From an uncultured Pelolinea sp. (GTDB taxonomy: Bacteria > Chloroflexota > Anaerolineae > Anaerolineales > Anaerolineaceae), in NCBI GenBank assembly GCA_964408645.1, contig CAYPAG010000002.1:1-51266 (forward strand): a DNA stretch of 51,266 nt. The letters are read 5' to 3'. How positions within the stretch are numbered: position 1 is the stretch's first letter; the number at the start of each line of letters is the position of its first letter. Below the pieces are notes generated by a model. The model saw only the letters and a program-made list of their open reading frames with translations. It ran no database searches and was not told the DNA's origin. The translations under genes and the position numbers were made by a program. Below are positions 1-8,262 of the stretch, piece by piece.

Positions 1-427
1 CGTTTCGCACCAGATAAGCGCGCGAATCGCCAAGATTTGCCAGGTAAAGCCGCTGGTCTTTGATGAGAAAAGTTACGCAAGTAGCCGCCATGCCTGTCAA
101 TTCTGGATTATTCTCATAAGTGTTTAAGATCGCATGGTTTGCGGATAAAACAGCCTGCGCTAATACAGCAGGGGGGTCTTCGAATGTATCAACTTCAGCG
201 ATATAAGCCATGACTGAATCCACGCCGATCTGCGCGGCGACTTCGCCGGCCTGGTGGCCGCCAACGCCATCGCACAAGACTGCCGCCAGGACAGCCGAAC
301 CATCTTCTCCCGTCATGAATTCACGCACCAGCATGCGATCTTCATTATTCGTCCGAACCCAGCCTTTATGGCTCAGTGTGGCGTAATCCAATCGCGCATT
401 GCCGGATGATTTACGCATCTGGCGCAT
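1..427 (-). CDS. PP2C-family Ser/Thr protein phosphatase (5' part; runs off the window edge)
   Basis: Manual translation from ATG 427 (alternative 418) gives MRQMRKSSGNARLDYATLSHKGWVRTNNEDR...VLCDGVGGHQAGEVAA...GMAATC...LANLGDSRAYL. This contains the PP2C motifs RxxNED, DGxGG and GDSR. It is absent from the ORF track because it is truncated. Confidence 0.93.
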   Translation of the reverse strand, partial: MRQMRKSSGNARLDYATLSHKGWVRTNNEDRMLVREFMTGEDGSAVLAAVLCDGVGGHQAGEVAAQIGVDSVMAYIAEVDTFEDPPAVLAQAVLSANHAILNTYENNPELTGMAATCVTFLIKDQRLYLANLGDSRAYLVRN

Positions 428-2303
428 GGCCGTTTCCTTTCGCCTGGTATCCGCCGATCTGATAGCGAAAATCCAGCTCACCGATGCGGACCAGGTCGCC
501 GTTGTTCAAAATGACCCCTTTGCTGGAAACAGGCGCAAAATTCACCCAGGTGCCAGACTCCGAGCCGAGATCAGCCAGACGGACCGCGCCGCTTTCAAGA
601 CGCACCAACTGCGCGTGTTTTGGACTGATTGATTCCGATTCAAGCACGATGGTCGCTTGTTCGCTATCGCTTCCGATGATCAGTGGCTCATTGCCGATCC
701 GGATGAATTTCTGCTCCATTGGTGCAGGGGACTGTCCGGCCCAAACCAGGCGCGGCGGTGATTCCTGGATGGCGCGTCCGGTCCTGAGAGAAGGTTCTTC
801 ATCTTCTGTTTGCAGTCCTGGGATTGATTGCAGCAGCGGGTCAATATAGCTTTCACGGTGGGATACACTGTCTGGATCACGCCTTGAATTAGAAATCCTG
901 CGGCGAAATCGCAATCCCGCCATCAAAGTCCCGCCGACAAGGGCGATACCCACAGGTATCCACCCGCCGGATGTGAGAAACCCCAACACTTGGGTAAGCC
1001 AGGCAGGATAAAGCGATTCAACCGTGATGAACACCGAAACGGGCGGGCTGATGCTGCGAAAACCGAGGATGTCTTCCACTTCAACGGACAGGAGGTGCTC
1101 GCCGCTGAATTGGTATTTTTCCAGCGGCCACGCGAAGAATTCGAAAGGCGCTTCCTTGTTTTCGGTCACGATCTCTCCGTCCACATACAGGCGCGTACTC
1201 CTGAGCTGACGGTCATAACCGTCCGGAAAGACGTAATCAGCGGTCAAGGTGATGAATCCGGGTTGGAGGACGCGCCCTTCGGTGGTGTTCACATAATTTC
1301 TGGTGATCTCATTGGGTAATTCGACCAGCACCGCTGTGGGAAGATTGAGGTTGATGGAAAATTGCAGATCCGGTGTCCGGTAGCTTTGGTTGCCGTAAAA
1401 TCCTTCAACCGCCACTGTATGCAGCCCGCTTTGACTGACATTGGATGTGTAAACCAGTTCATAGATGCTGCGCAAGCGTCCGACATATTCCTCCGGATCA
1501 GGCGCAGGGACATTCTCCCCAAAAAAGAAAAAGTTTCCTCCTGTGGAGGAAGCCAGGATATTAAGCTGCTCGACAACAGGCGCGTTTGACGCCGTGTCCG
1601 GGGCAACCAACCACACATTGATTGGCACACGCAATTCCATCGCCCGCGCCCGCAGGGCTGAGAGTCCGCTGATTGACTGATCCAGCGGCAGTGGGGTTAT
1701 ATAAAGGATGGATTCTTTGCTTTGCGGTATCAAGTTGGGCTGCTCGGCAATATCCAATGCCAGCGAAAGACTATTGAAATCCGGTTGGAAATTGAATAGG
1801 TTTGGCTTGTAGTTTTGGATCTGAAAAACAAAAGATTCCTTTTCCTGCAGACGGTCAACTAAAATGCCCTCGTTGCTTGTCAAACTGTATTGATTGACCG
1901 CGCTGCTCTGCAGCTCATTCAACCAGGATGCCAGAGCGAAAACAGATTCTTCAAAGCGGGTTGATTCAGCGCCGCTGGCGCGGTTGCTCAGCGTCGCGCC
2001 CAGGTTCAGCGCTATGATGGAATGGAATCCGGGTTCGAGCAGGCGCGTTTCATTCACCACCCTTTCAAACCCATCTTCATAGACCTTAAAACTATTGAGA
2101 TCCAGAGAGGGGATGAATTTACCCTGAGCGTCATAAGCATCCAGGTAGAGTTTGACTTTCGGAAAACCGCCAAGATCCGGGGACTGCAAGATCAGATTGA
2201 ATCCACCCTGGGCCAGGACCGGCGCGGTTAAGCATAGAAGTAACAGGAAGAACGAGAGAAAAGAAAGCGCGGCTCTTCCAGAAATCTTTTGATGAAAGCG
2301 CAT
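411..2303 (-). CDS. Signal-peptide, vWA-like, single-TM protein with a C-terminal FHA domain
   Basis: N-terminal hydrophobic signal ending AVLA/QG-like, then FPKVKLYLDAYD...FKVYEDG (pre-vWA beta module), a vWA-like alpha/beta region, and a TM helix WIPVGIALVGGTLMAGL followed by RFRRR. The C-terminus is FHA-like (IG...SISPKHA...DLGSESGTWVN...GDLVRIG). Confidence 0.8.
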   Translation of the reverse strand: MRFHQKISGRAALSFLSFFLLLLCLTAPVLAQGGFNLILQSPDLGGFPKVKLYLDAYDAQGKFIPSLDLNSFKVYEDGFERVVNETRLLEPGFHSIIALNLGATLSNRASGAESTRFEESVFALASWLNELQSSAVNQYSLTSNEGILVDRLQEKESFVFQIQNYKPNLFNFQPDFNSLSLALDIAEQPNLIPQSKESILYITPLPLDQSISGLSALRARAMELRVPINVWLVAPDTASNAPVVEQLNILASSTGGNFFFFGENVPAPDPEEYVGRLRSIYELVYTSNVSQSGLHTVAVEGFYGNQSYRTPDLQFSINLNLPTAVLVELPNEITRNYVNTTEGRVLQPGFITLTADYVFPDGYDRQLRSTRLYVDGEIVTENKEAPFEFFAWPLEKYQFSGEHLLSVEVEDILGFRSISPPVSVFITVESLYPAWLTQVLGFLTSGGWIPVGIALVGGTLMAGLRFRRRISNSRRDPDSVSHRESYIDPLLQSIPGLQTEDEEPSLRTGRAIQESPPRLVWAGQSPAPMEQKFIRIGNEPLIIGSDSEQATIVLESESISPKHAQLVRLESGAVRLADLGSESGTWVNFAPVSSKGVILNNGDLVRIGELDFRYQIGGYQAKGNGHAPDA

Positions 2304-2310
2304 TGGGGTA

Positions 2311-2316
2311 ATTTTA
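2311..2316 (-). promoter_or_regulatory. -10 element (TAAAAT) 7 nt before the ATG; probable leaderless promoter
   Basis: Minus strand reads TAAAAT-TACCCCA-ATG(2303), with no Shine-Dalgarno. Confidence 0.5.
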
Positions 2317-2379
2317 ATGGATTATTGACTGGCTGGTTATATGCGGCCAGTGAGAGCTAACCGTGCTGAGAGACGAAGG

Positions 2380-3012
2380 TTAAACCTTCGCCCTCTCAGC
2401 TTCAAGTTTCTCCACCCTTTCAATCAACTCTTCAAGCGCTTCCTCAATCACATCGGGCAGCTTGTTGTGGTTGAGATCGGGCTGCTTGGCGCCGGGTTTG
2501 TCTTTGTGCACCGGATGGCCAGGAATGCCCACCACGACTGAATCCGGCGGAATATCATCCACCACAACCGCGTTAGCGCCAACGCGGCTGCAGCTGCCGA
2601 TGGTGATGGCGCCCAGAATTTTTGCGCCGGCTCCGATCACCACGCCATCCCCGATGGTTGGGTGGCGCTTTCCTTTTTGCGTGCTGACGCCGCCCAGGGT
2701 GACACCGTGATACAAAGTCACATCATTACCGACCTCGGCTGTTTCCCCAATCACCACGCCCATGCCGTGGTCAATGAAGAAACGGCGGCCGATGACGGCG
2801 CCGGGGTGGATCTCGATGCCGGTAAAAAAGCGGTTGATCTGCGACAGCGCTCTGGCAAGGAGTTTGAGCTTGTGCGTCCATAACCAATGGGCCATTCGAT
2901 GGCCCCAGACAGCGTGAAGGCCGGCGTAGCAAATCAGGATTTCCAACGTACTGCGCGCGGCTGGATCGCGGTCAAAAACTGAGCGAATATCTTCCCTTAA
3001 TAACCTGAACAT
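2380..3012 (-). CDS. cysE: Serine O-acetyltransferase
   Basis: [27 protein letters not shown] and KRHPT motifs plus hexapeptide repeats; downstream of cysK. Confidence 0.97.
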   Translation of the reverse strand: MFRLLREDIRSVFDRDPAARSTLEILICYAGLHAVWGHRMAHWLWTHKLKLLARALSQINRFFTGIEIHPGAVIGRRFFIDHGMGVVIGETAEVGNDVTLYHGVTLGGVSTQKGKRHPTIGDGVVIGAGAKILGAITIGSCSRVGANAVVVDDIPPDSVVVGIPGHPVHKDKPGAKQPDLNHNKLPDVIEEALEELIERVEKLEAERAKV

Positions 3013-3030
3013 TTCTCTCCTCTTCCAGAA

Positions 3031-3957
3031 TCACAGGTTCTTATACAGATCCGTGCTCAGGTAGCGCTCGCCGAAAGAAGGCAGGATGACTACGATCAGC
3101 TTGCCCTTGTTCTCTGGTTTTTCCGCCTCTTTGAGGGCTGCCCATACTGCCGCGCCGGATGAAATGCCAACCAGCAGGCCTTCTTCGGTGCCCATGCGGC
3201 GCGCCGTGGTGAAGGCATCCTCATTTTTCACTTGAATGATCTCGTCATAAACTTGGGTGTTCAGCACCTCGGGGATGAATCCCGCGCCGATGCCCTGCAG
3301 CGGATGAGGCCCTTTCTCGCCGCCTGAGAGCACCGGAGACGCTTCAGGCTCCACCGCGATGACCTTCACTTCGGGTTTGCGCGACTTAAGCACTTCACCG
3401 ACACCGGTGATGGTGCCGCCAGTGCCGACACCGGCGACGAAGATATCCACTTTACCATCGGTGTCGCGCCAGATCTCTTCAGCAGTGGTTTTGCGATGGA
3501 TCTCGGGATTGGCGGTGTTGGCGAACTGATTGGGGATGAAATAGCGCTTGTCCTCAGCCGCCATCTGGTCGGCTTTTTCAATCGCCCCAGCCATGCCCTT
3601 TTCCTTGGGGGTGAGGATGATCTTTGCGCCGTAGGCCTTAATCAGCATTTTGCGTTCATCACTCACAGATTCAGGCATCACCAGCTCGCAGGCATAACCG
3701 CGCGCGGCGCAGGTGAAAGCCAACGCGATGCCGGTATTGCCGCTGGTGGGTTCCAGAATGATGGAATTCTTGTTAATTTTCCCGGCTTGTTCAGCCGCGT
3801 TGATCATGGCAACCCCAATACGGTCTTTGACGCTGTGCGATGGGTTTTGGTATTCAAGTTTGGCTGCCACGGTGGCGTTCAAGCCTTTGGTTAGTTTGTT
3901 CAAGCGCACCAATGGGGTATTGCCGATCAATTCAGTGACGTCATTCGCGATTTTCAT
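3031..3957 (-). CDS. cysK: Cysteine synthase A (O-acetylserine sulfhydrylase)
   Basis: PLP lysine motif SVKDRI, plus [21 protein letters not shown] and ERYLST. Confidence 0.97.
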   Translation of the reverse strand: MKIANDVTELIGNTPLVRLNKLTKGLNATVAAKLEYQNPSHSVKDRIGVAMINAAEQAGKINKNSIILEPTSGNTGIALAFTCAARGYACELVMPESVSDERKMLIKAYGAKIILTPKEKGMAGAIEKADQMAAEDKRYFIPNQFANTANPEIHRKTTAEEIWRDTDGKVDIFVAGVGTGGTITGVGEVLKSRKPEVKVIAVEPEASPVLSGGEKGPHPLQGIGAGFIPEVLNTQVYDEIIQVKNEDAFTTARRMGTEEGLLVGISSGAAVWAALKEAEKPENKGKLIVVILPSFGERYLSTDLYKNL

Positions 3958-3978
3958 TATGTCCTCTTTTCGTTGTTT

Positions 3979-4054
3979 AAATTAAAACCTTCCGGCGATT
4001 AGTCAATCTTGGACACGGAACCGATCCCATGCCCGCGGGATGCCAGAAGGTTTT
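3979..4054 (-). terminator. Attenuator terminator in the cysK leader
   Basis: Minus-strand arms AAAACCTTCTGGC (4054-4042) and GCCGGAAGGTTTT (3996-3984) form a 13-bp stem with one G.U pair. The stem ends in UUUUAAUUU just upstream of the cysK RBS. Confidence 0.65.
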
Positions 4055-4076
4055 TACACTTGGCGGGCTGGAGTTT

Positions 4077-4112
4077 TCAGTTCCGCCAACAACAGATGCA
4101 GGTTGAGTTCAT
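4077..4112 (-). CDS. Cysteine-rich leader peptide MNSTCICCWRN
   Basis: ATG AAC TCA ACC TGC ATC TGT TGT TGG CGG AAC TGA, with SD AAGGA 10 nt upstream. It lies between a sigma70 promoter and cysK. Confidence 0.8.
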   Translation of the reverse strand: MNSTCICCWRN

Positions 4113-4152
4113 TTATTTAATATCCTTGATAAAAATATAAACTATTGACGTG

Positions 4153-4181
4153 ATTATAGGGAGTTGCACTTTATTCGTCAA
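4153..4181 (-). promoter_or_regulatory. sigma70 promoter of the leader-cysK-cysE unit
   Basis: TTGACG (4181-4176), 17-nt spacer, TATAAT (4158-4153). Confidence 0.85.
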
Positions 4182-4266
4182 GCCACAAAAACCCAATAAA
4201 AAAGAAACTAATAAAACGTTAATCCGTATTTATTATGTACATCAATAATAATTATGCGAGGTAGTT

Positions 4267-4719
4267 ATGAAAAACCGACTTTTTCGAAGTGAGTCAAACC
4301 GCGTCCTGGGAGGCGTGTGCGGCGGGCTGGGTGAATTTTTGGGTATTGACCACCTCTTTATCCGAATTTTCTTTGTCGCCTGGACCGTTCTCGGCGAATT
4401 CAGCGTGCTGATCTACTTTATTTTGTGGGTTGTGATGCCTTCCAAAACTGCTTCTGACGCAGGCGAAAAATTCCGCTCCGATGAGCTGGGGGCGCGAATT
4501 CGCCTGGTGGTGGATGAGATACGGATGATCGTGCACCAGCCCAGCCCCGAACTGATCACATTCGCTGGCGTTGGATTGATCGCCTGGGGGGTGTATTATC
4601 TGCTGCTCAGATTTGGCTTTCCATGGTTTGTCCCGGATTTCACCCCTTATCTTTGGCCAGCCTTGTTGATCGTCGCTGGTGCGTTTGTCCTGTTCCGGGC
4701 GGCTTCAAGGGAAAAATAA
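4267..4719 (+). CDS. PspC-domain membrane protein
   Basis: N-terminal PspC signature LFRSESNRVLGGVCGGLGEFLGID...IYFILWVVMP, two further TM helices, and SD GAGGT. Confidence 0.88.
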   Translation: MKNRLFRSESNRVLGGVCGGLGEFLGIDHLFIRIFFVAWTVLGEFSVLIYFILWVVMPSKTASDAGEKFRSDELGARIRLVVDEIRMIVHQPSPELITFAGVGLIAWGVYYLLLRFGFPWFVPDFTPYLWPALLIVAGAFVLFRAASREK

Positions 4720-4767
4720 GAAAAAGACCCTCTCAACTGGCTGAGGGGGGCAACCAGCTGAAAGGGC
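4720..4767 (-). ncRNA. Candidate ~50-nt hairpin small RNA with a C-rich loop
   Basis: On the minus strand GCCCUUUCAGCUGGUUG-CCCCCCU-CAGCCAGUUGAGAGGGU forms about 17 bp using G.U pairs that become A.C mismatches on the plus strand. It is followed by CUUUUUCUU and preceded by its own promoter. Confidence 0.55.
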
Positions 4768-4773
4768 AGACTT

Positions 4774-4802
4774 ATCATAACATGTCATAACAAAATGGGC
4801 AA
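4774..4802 (-). promoter_or_regulatory. sigma70-type promoter pointing at the hairpin RNA
   Basis: TTGCCC (4802-4797), 17-nt spacer, TATGAT (4779-4774), with an extended -10 TG. It is overlapped by the direct repeat TCATAACA x2. Confidence 0.55.
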
Positions 4803-4892
4803 TAGTTTTGAAAGTCGTGTGACAAAGAAATGTTAAACGGGAACTTTTTTATCAACGGAACGTCTAATCTATAAACAACTTTGGAGGTTGTC

Positions 4893-5633
4893 ATGCAAAC
4901 AAGAAGAACACTCATTTTTATTTCAGCCGCAATGGCGCTTTTATTGGGCGCGTGCGCGCCGGCAGCCGTTGTCAGCCCTGCTACCGCAGCCAATCCGGCC
5001 CCGGCACGGCAGTTATCCGTTGTCGGCGTAGGCCAAGTGTACGCGACACCTGATATCGCCTATATCAATGTCGGCGTCCGTTCGCAGGCAGACACAGTCG
5101 CTGAAGCGATTGAGCAGAACAATACCCAGGCCCGCGCGATTAATGAAACACTGATGGGCGGGGGCGTCGCGGAAGAGGATATCCAGACATCCAGCTTCAA
5201 TGTGTATCCCCAGTCGGAATATGATTTCCAGGGCAATATCACACGCACCTTTTACGTGGTGGAAAACACTGTCTACGTGACCGTGCGCGACCTCAACGCG
5301 CTGGGAACAGTTCTGGACGCGGTAACCACAAGCGGCGCTAATACGATTTATGGTATCAATTTTGACCTGCAGGACAAAACGCCCGCGCAGTCTGATGCCC
5401 GTGCGCTGGCAGTAGAATCTGCCCGTACCCAGGCGCAGGAATTAGCTGACTTGACCGGTGTTGAGCTGGGCGAGATCACCTCGATCACGACCTTCTACTC
5501 CTACCCGATGCAGTATTACGGTTATGGGATGGGCGGCGGCGGTGGAGCAGCACCTATGGCGTCATCCGTGCCGATTACGGCAGGACAGATGCAAGTCAAC
5601 TCGGAAGTCACCATCGTCTTCGCGATCAAGTAA
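4893..5633 (+). CDS. SIMPL/DUF541 (YggE/BP26-like) lipoprotein
   Basis: Lipobox LLGAC; LSVVGVGQVYATPDIA, DIQTSSFNVYP, A...ARTQAQELA...GVELG and PITAGQ motifs. SD GGAGG favours ATG 4893 over TTG 4881. Confidence 0.88.
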   Translation: MQTRRTLIFISAAMALLLGACAPAAVVSPATAANPAPARQLSVVGVGQVYATPDIAYINVGVRSQADTVAEAIEQNNTQARAINETLMGGGVAEEDIQTSSFNVYPQSEYDFQGNITRTFYVVENTVYVTVRDLNALGTVLDAVTTSGANTIYGINFDLQDKTPAQSDARALAVESARTQAQELADLTGVELGEITSITTFYSYPMQYYGYGMGGGGGAAPMASSVPITAGQMQVNSEVTIVFAIK

Positions 5634-5645
5634 AAATAGACAAGG

Positions 5646-5672
5646 AAAAAGCCGCCGAAAGGCGGCTTTTTT
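5646..5672. terminator. Bidirectional rho-independent terminator
   Basis: AAAAA-GCCGCC-GAAA-GGCGGC-TTTTTT between the convergent SIMPL and cdsA genes. Confidence 0.93.
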
Positions 5673-5690
5673 GTGTCCATCGACCAGGAA

Positions 5691-6500
5691 TCACATATAA
5701 AAGACTGTGACAAGGTAATATCCGATCACCCCCGCCCACAGCCAGGTGTCGACACGGTCGAGAACGCCGCCGTGCCCGGGGATCAAATTGGAGGTGTGTT
5801 TTAAGTTGAACTGGCGTTTAAAAACGCTCTTGCCCAGATCGCCAAGCGGGCAGAAGATGCCGATGATGAATCCGATCAGCAATCCCTGCGACCCGGAGAA
5901 ACTTGCACTGTACATGCCTGAGATCGCTCCAGCGGTATACCCTGTGATCATAGAGGTGAGCAAACCGCCCAGGTAACCTTCTATGGTCTTGTTGGGGCTG
6001 AGCGCGGATGCCAGCTTGCGCCGGCCGAACAGACTGCCGAAGAAATATGCGCCGATATCGCTGATGCCGGCAGGCACTACGACGAGAATTAACCAATAAA
6101 GGCCGTCCGGAAGGAACCTTAATCTTACCAGGTAGCTGCCAAACAGTCCGATGAAGGTCAATCCAGCGAGTGAAGCGGCCAGATCGATAGCGCCGGTATT
6201 AACATGTTTTGGGAAGCTCAGCACGTGATAAGTGATTGTGAGGAGGGAAAGGATGGCCAGGAGACCCAAGAGGAGCTCGATTTCCTGGAAGCTGGCGGCA
6301 ATGGCGAGCAGAAAGTTCGAAATGATCAAAAGTGGAACGGAAGGGTGATAACCGCCCTGGATGAACATGCGGCAGAACTCCCAGGAGGCAATTGCCAGAA
6401 TGAGCGCGACACCGATGGTGAAGACCCAGCCGCCGATTAAGACCAGCGCGAAACTGACGATCAGCAAGACCACGGCGCTGACCGCGCGCTTAGCCAGCAT
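5691..6500 (-). CDS. cdsA: Phosphatidate cytidylyltransferase
   Basis: Multi-TM protein with SDIGAYFFG, SPNKTIEG, GDLGKSVFKR and IPGHGGVLDRVD. The real start is ATG 6500 (MLAKRAV), overlapping the uppS stop. Confidence 0.95.
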   Translation of the reverse strand: MLAKRAVSAVVLLIVSFALVLIGGWVFTIGVALILAIASWEFCRMFIQGGYHPSVPLLIISNFLLAIAASFQEIELLLGLLAILSLLTITYHVLSFPKHVNTGAIDLAASLAGLTFIGLFGSYLVRLRFLPDGLYWLILVVVPAGISDIGAYFFGSLFGRRKLASALSPNKTIEGYLGGLLTSMITGYTAGAISGMYSASFSGSQGLLIGFIIGIFCPLGDLGKSVFKRQFNLKHTSNLIPGHGGVLDRVDTWLWAGVIGYYLVTVFYM

Positions 6501-7239
6501 ATTTCTCTTGCTCGTCAGCCGCGGTGCGCCCGCCATAACGGCGGCTGCGCCTGCCGAAATCCTTAATCGCTTCAGACAGCGCGTCCTTATCGAAATCAGG
6601 CCAGAGGATGGGGGTGAAGTACCATTCGGCGTAAGCGCTCTGCCAGACCAAAAAATTGGAGGTGCGCTGCTCGCCGGATGTGCGGATGACCAAATCCGGG
6701 TCAGGGATGCCGCTGGTAAAAAGATGACTGCTGATCGTTTCCTCACTCACCATTTCGGGATCCAGCCCCTGTTTGATTATCTGTTGGACGGCGTAGACGA
6801 TCTCGTCGCGCCCGCCGTAGTTCCAGGCGATGTTCAGCGTCAGGCGCTCATTATTGCGGGTGAGCTCCATCGCTTCCAGAATCTTCTTTCTCAATTGGCC
6901 ATCCAGATGCTCGAGCCGCCCGATGTGATTGAGCCGGACGCCCTGTTTGTGCAGTTCAGTGAGCTCACGGTCAATGGATTCGGCCAGTATCTGCATCAAG
7001 CCGCTGACCTCATCCTGCGGGCGCTTCCAGTTTTCTGTGGAAAAGGCGTAAATGGTCAGATACCGGACGCCGAATTCAACACAGGCGCGGATGATGCGGC
7101 GCAGGTTTTCCGTGCCTGCGCGATGGCCAGCCATGCGGGGCATGTGGCGCGAGGCAGCCCAACGCCCGTTGCCATCCATAATGATGGCAATGTGCGCGGG
7201 GATTTTTTCAAAAATTTCCTTTTCCGGCATCTGCGGCAT
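6490..7239 (-). CDS. uppS: Isoprenyl transferase (undecaprenyl diphosphate synthase)
   Basis: HIAIIMDGNGRWA, YAFSTENWKR, NYGGRDEI and RTSGEQRTSNFL motifs. Confidence 0.97.
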   Translation of the reverse strand: MPQMPEKEIFEKIPAHIAIIMDGNGRWAASRHMPRMAGHRAGTENLRRIIRACVEFGVRYLTIYAFSTENWKRPQDEVSGLMQILAESIDRELTELHKQGVRLNHIGRLEHLDGQLRKKILEAMELTRNNERLTLNIAWNYGGRDEIVYAVQQIIKQGLDPEMVSEETISSHLFTSGIPDPDLVIRTSGEQRTSNFLVWQSAYAEWYFTPILWPDFDKDALSEAIKDFGRRSRRYGGRTAADEQEKYAG

Positions 7240-7247
7240 ACTTCCGC

Positions 7248-7805
7248 CTAAATCTCCATGATCTCTTCTTCTTTTGCTTTGCCGACTTCGCCGATCTCTT
7301 CAATATATTTGTCGGTCAGTTTCTGAACATCTTCTTCGCCTTGTTTGCGGTCATCCTCGCCGATCATTTTTTCCTGTTCGAAATCCCGCAGGTCCTTGAT
7401 CAGATCCCGGCGGATGTTGCGCACAGACACGCGCGCTTCTTCCAGGCGGTTATTGACAAACCGGATCAGGTCGCGGCGCCGTTCCTCAGTCAGGGGAGGG
7501 AGGTTCAAGCGGATCACCTTGCCGTCGCTGTTAGGCGTCAATCCCAGCTCGGATGCCAGGATGGCTTTTTCTATATCCTTGACAGACGCGAGGTCAAAAG
7601 GTTTGATCATCAACTGGCGCGGTTCAGGCACGCTGATGGTGGCTAGCTGCATCAGAGGTACTGGCGATCCATAATATTCAATGGACATTCTTTCGATCAA
7701 CGCAGGGCTGGCGCGGCCGGTCCGGACACCTGACAGATCTTCCTGCAGGGAATGGATGGCGCTTTTCATTCTTTTTTCGGCATCGTGAGTCAATTCTTTA
7801 ATCAC
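7248..7805 (-). CDS. frr: Ribosome recycling factor
   Basis: RTGRASP, LPPLTEERR and VRNIRRD motifs; GTG start with SD AAGGAGG. Confidence 0.97.
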   Translation of the reverse strand: MIKELTHDAEKRMKSAIHSLQEDLSGVRTGRASPALIERMSIEYYGSPVPLMQLATISVPEPRQLMIKPFDLASVKDIEKAILASELGLTPNSDGKVIRLNLPPLTEERRRDLIRFVNNRLEEARVSVRNIRRDLIKDLRDFEQEKMIGEDDRKQGEEDVQKLTDKYIEEIGEVGKAKEEEIMEI

Positions 7806-7894
7806 CTTGGCCTCCTTGAAATCGCGGATTTGCTTTTAAGGATACCTTAATTGCCATAAAAATTCCATCAGTATCTTTGCGTGAAGATTCATTA

Positions 7895-7923
7895 TTGCAA
7901 AGATAGAACATATTTGCTATAAT
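7895..7923 (+). promoter_or_regulatory. sigma70 promoter with a LexA-like quasi-palindrome in the spacer
   Basis: TTGCAA (7895-7900), 17-nt spacer, TATAAT (7918-7923), with an extended TG. The spacer carries AGAAC-ATAT-TTGCT. Confidence 0.7.
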
Positions 7924-7950
7924 CATTTTATCTTGTGGTTGTGGAGAAAT

Positions 7951-8214
7951 ATGAAGCAGGGCATGCTCTGGTACGACAATATTAATGGCAGAAAGCTGAA
8001 CGAACGCATCGAATTGGCAGTGAATTACTTTACGCAAAAATATGGAAAAAAACCCGAGCAGTGTTTTGTGAATCCCGCGATGATCATGGGTGAAACGGTA
8101 AGCGCCTTACCGATCAAGGTAATCGCTGATAAAAAAATTCTTGAGAATCATATCTGGATCGAATTTCCGCAAGGAGATTTGCCCACCGAAAAATCCAACA
8201 TTCGCGCGGCATGA
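7951..8214 (+). CDS. Small hypothetical protein (87 aa)
   Basis: MKQGMLWYDN...AVNYFTQKYGKKPEQCFVNP...ILENHIWI. It has SD GGAG before ATG 7951 and a strong promoter, and it fills the gap between frr and acpS. Confidence 0.8.
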   Translation: MKQGMLWYDNINGRKLNERIELAVNYFTQKYGKKPEQCFVNPAMIMGETVSALPIKVIADKKILENHIWIEFPQGDLPTEKSNIRAA

Positions 8215-8262
8215 ATTGAATCTAACCAGTTTGAATGGCTGGATACTGATCTCCCTGAAAAT

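Noticed and set aside
6501-6746. N-terminal extensions in the ORF track for cdsA (also rpsA to 13419, murI to 32347, ATPase A from 23632, subunit G from 19120)
   Set aside because: They overlap neighbouring genes, promoters or terminators. Downstream ATGs match family starts.
6361-7251. 296-aa plus-strand ORF, and similar long antisense ORFs (10525-11214, 12238-12915, 38929-39804, 44946-45659, 47941-48549)
   Set aside because: These are shadow frames opposite well-conserved genes, with no motifs or RBS; expected from codon bias.
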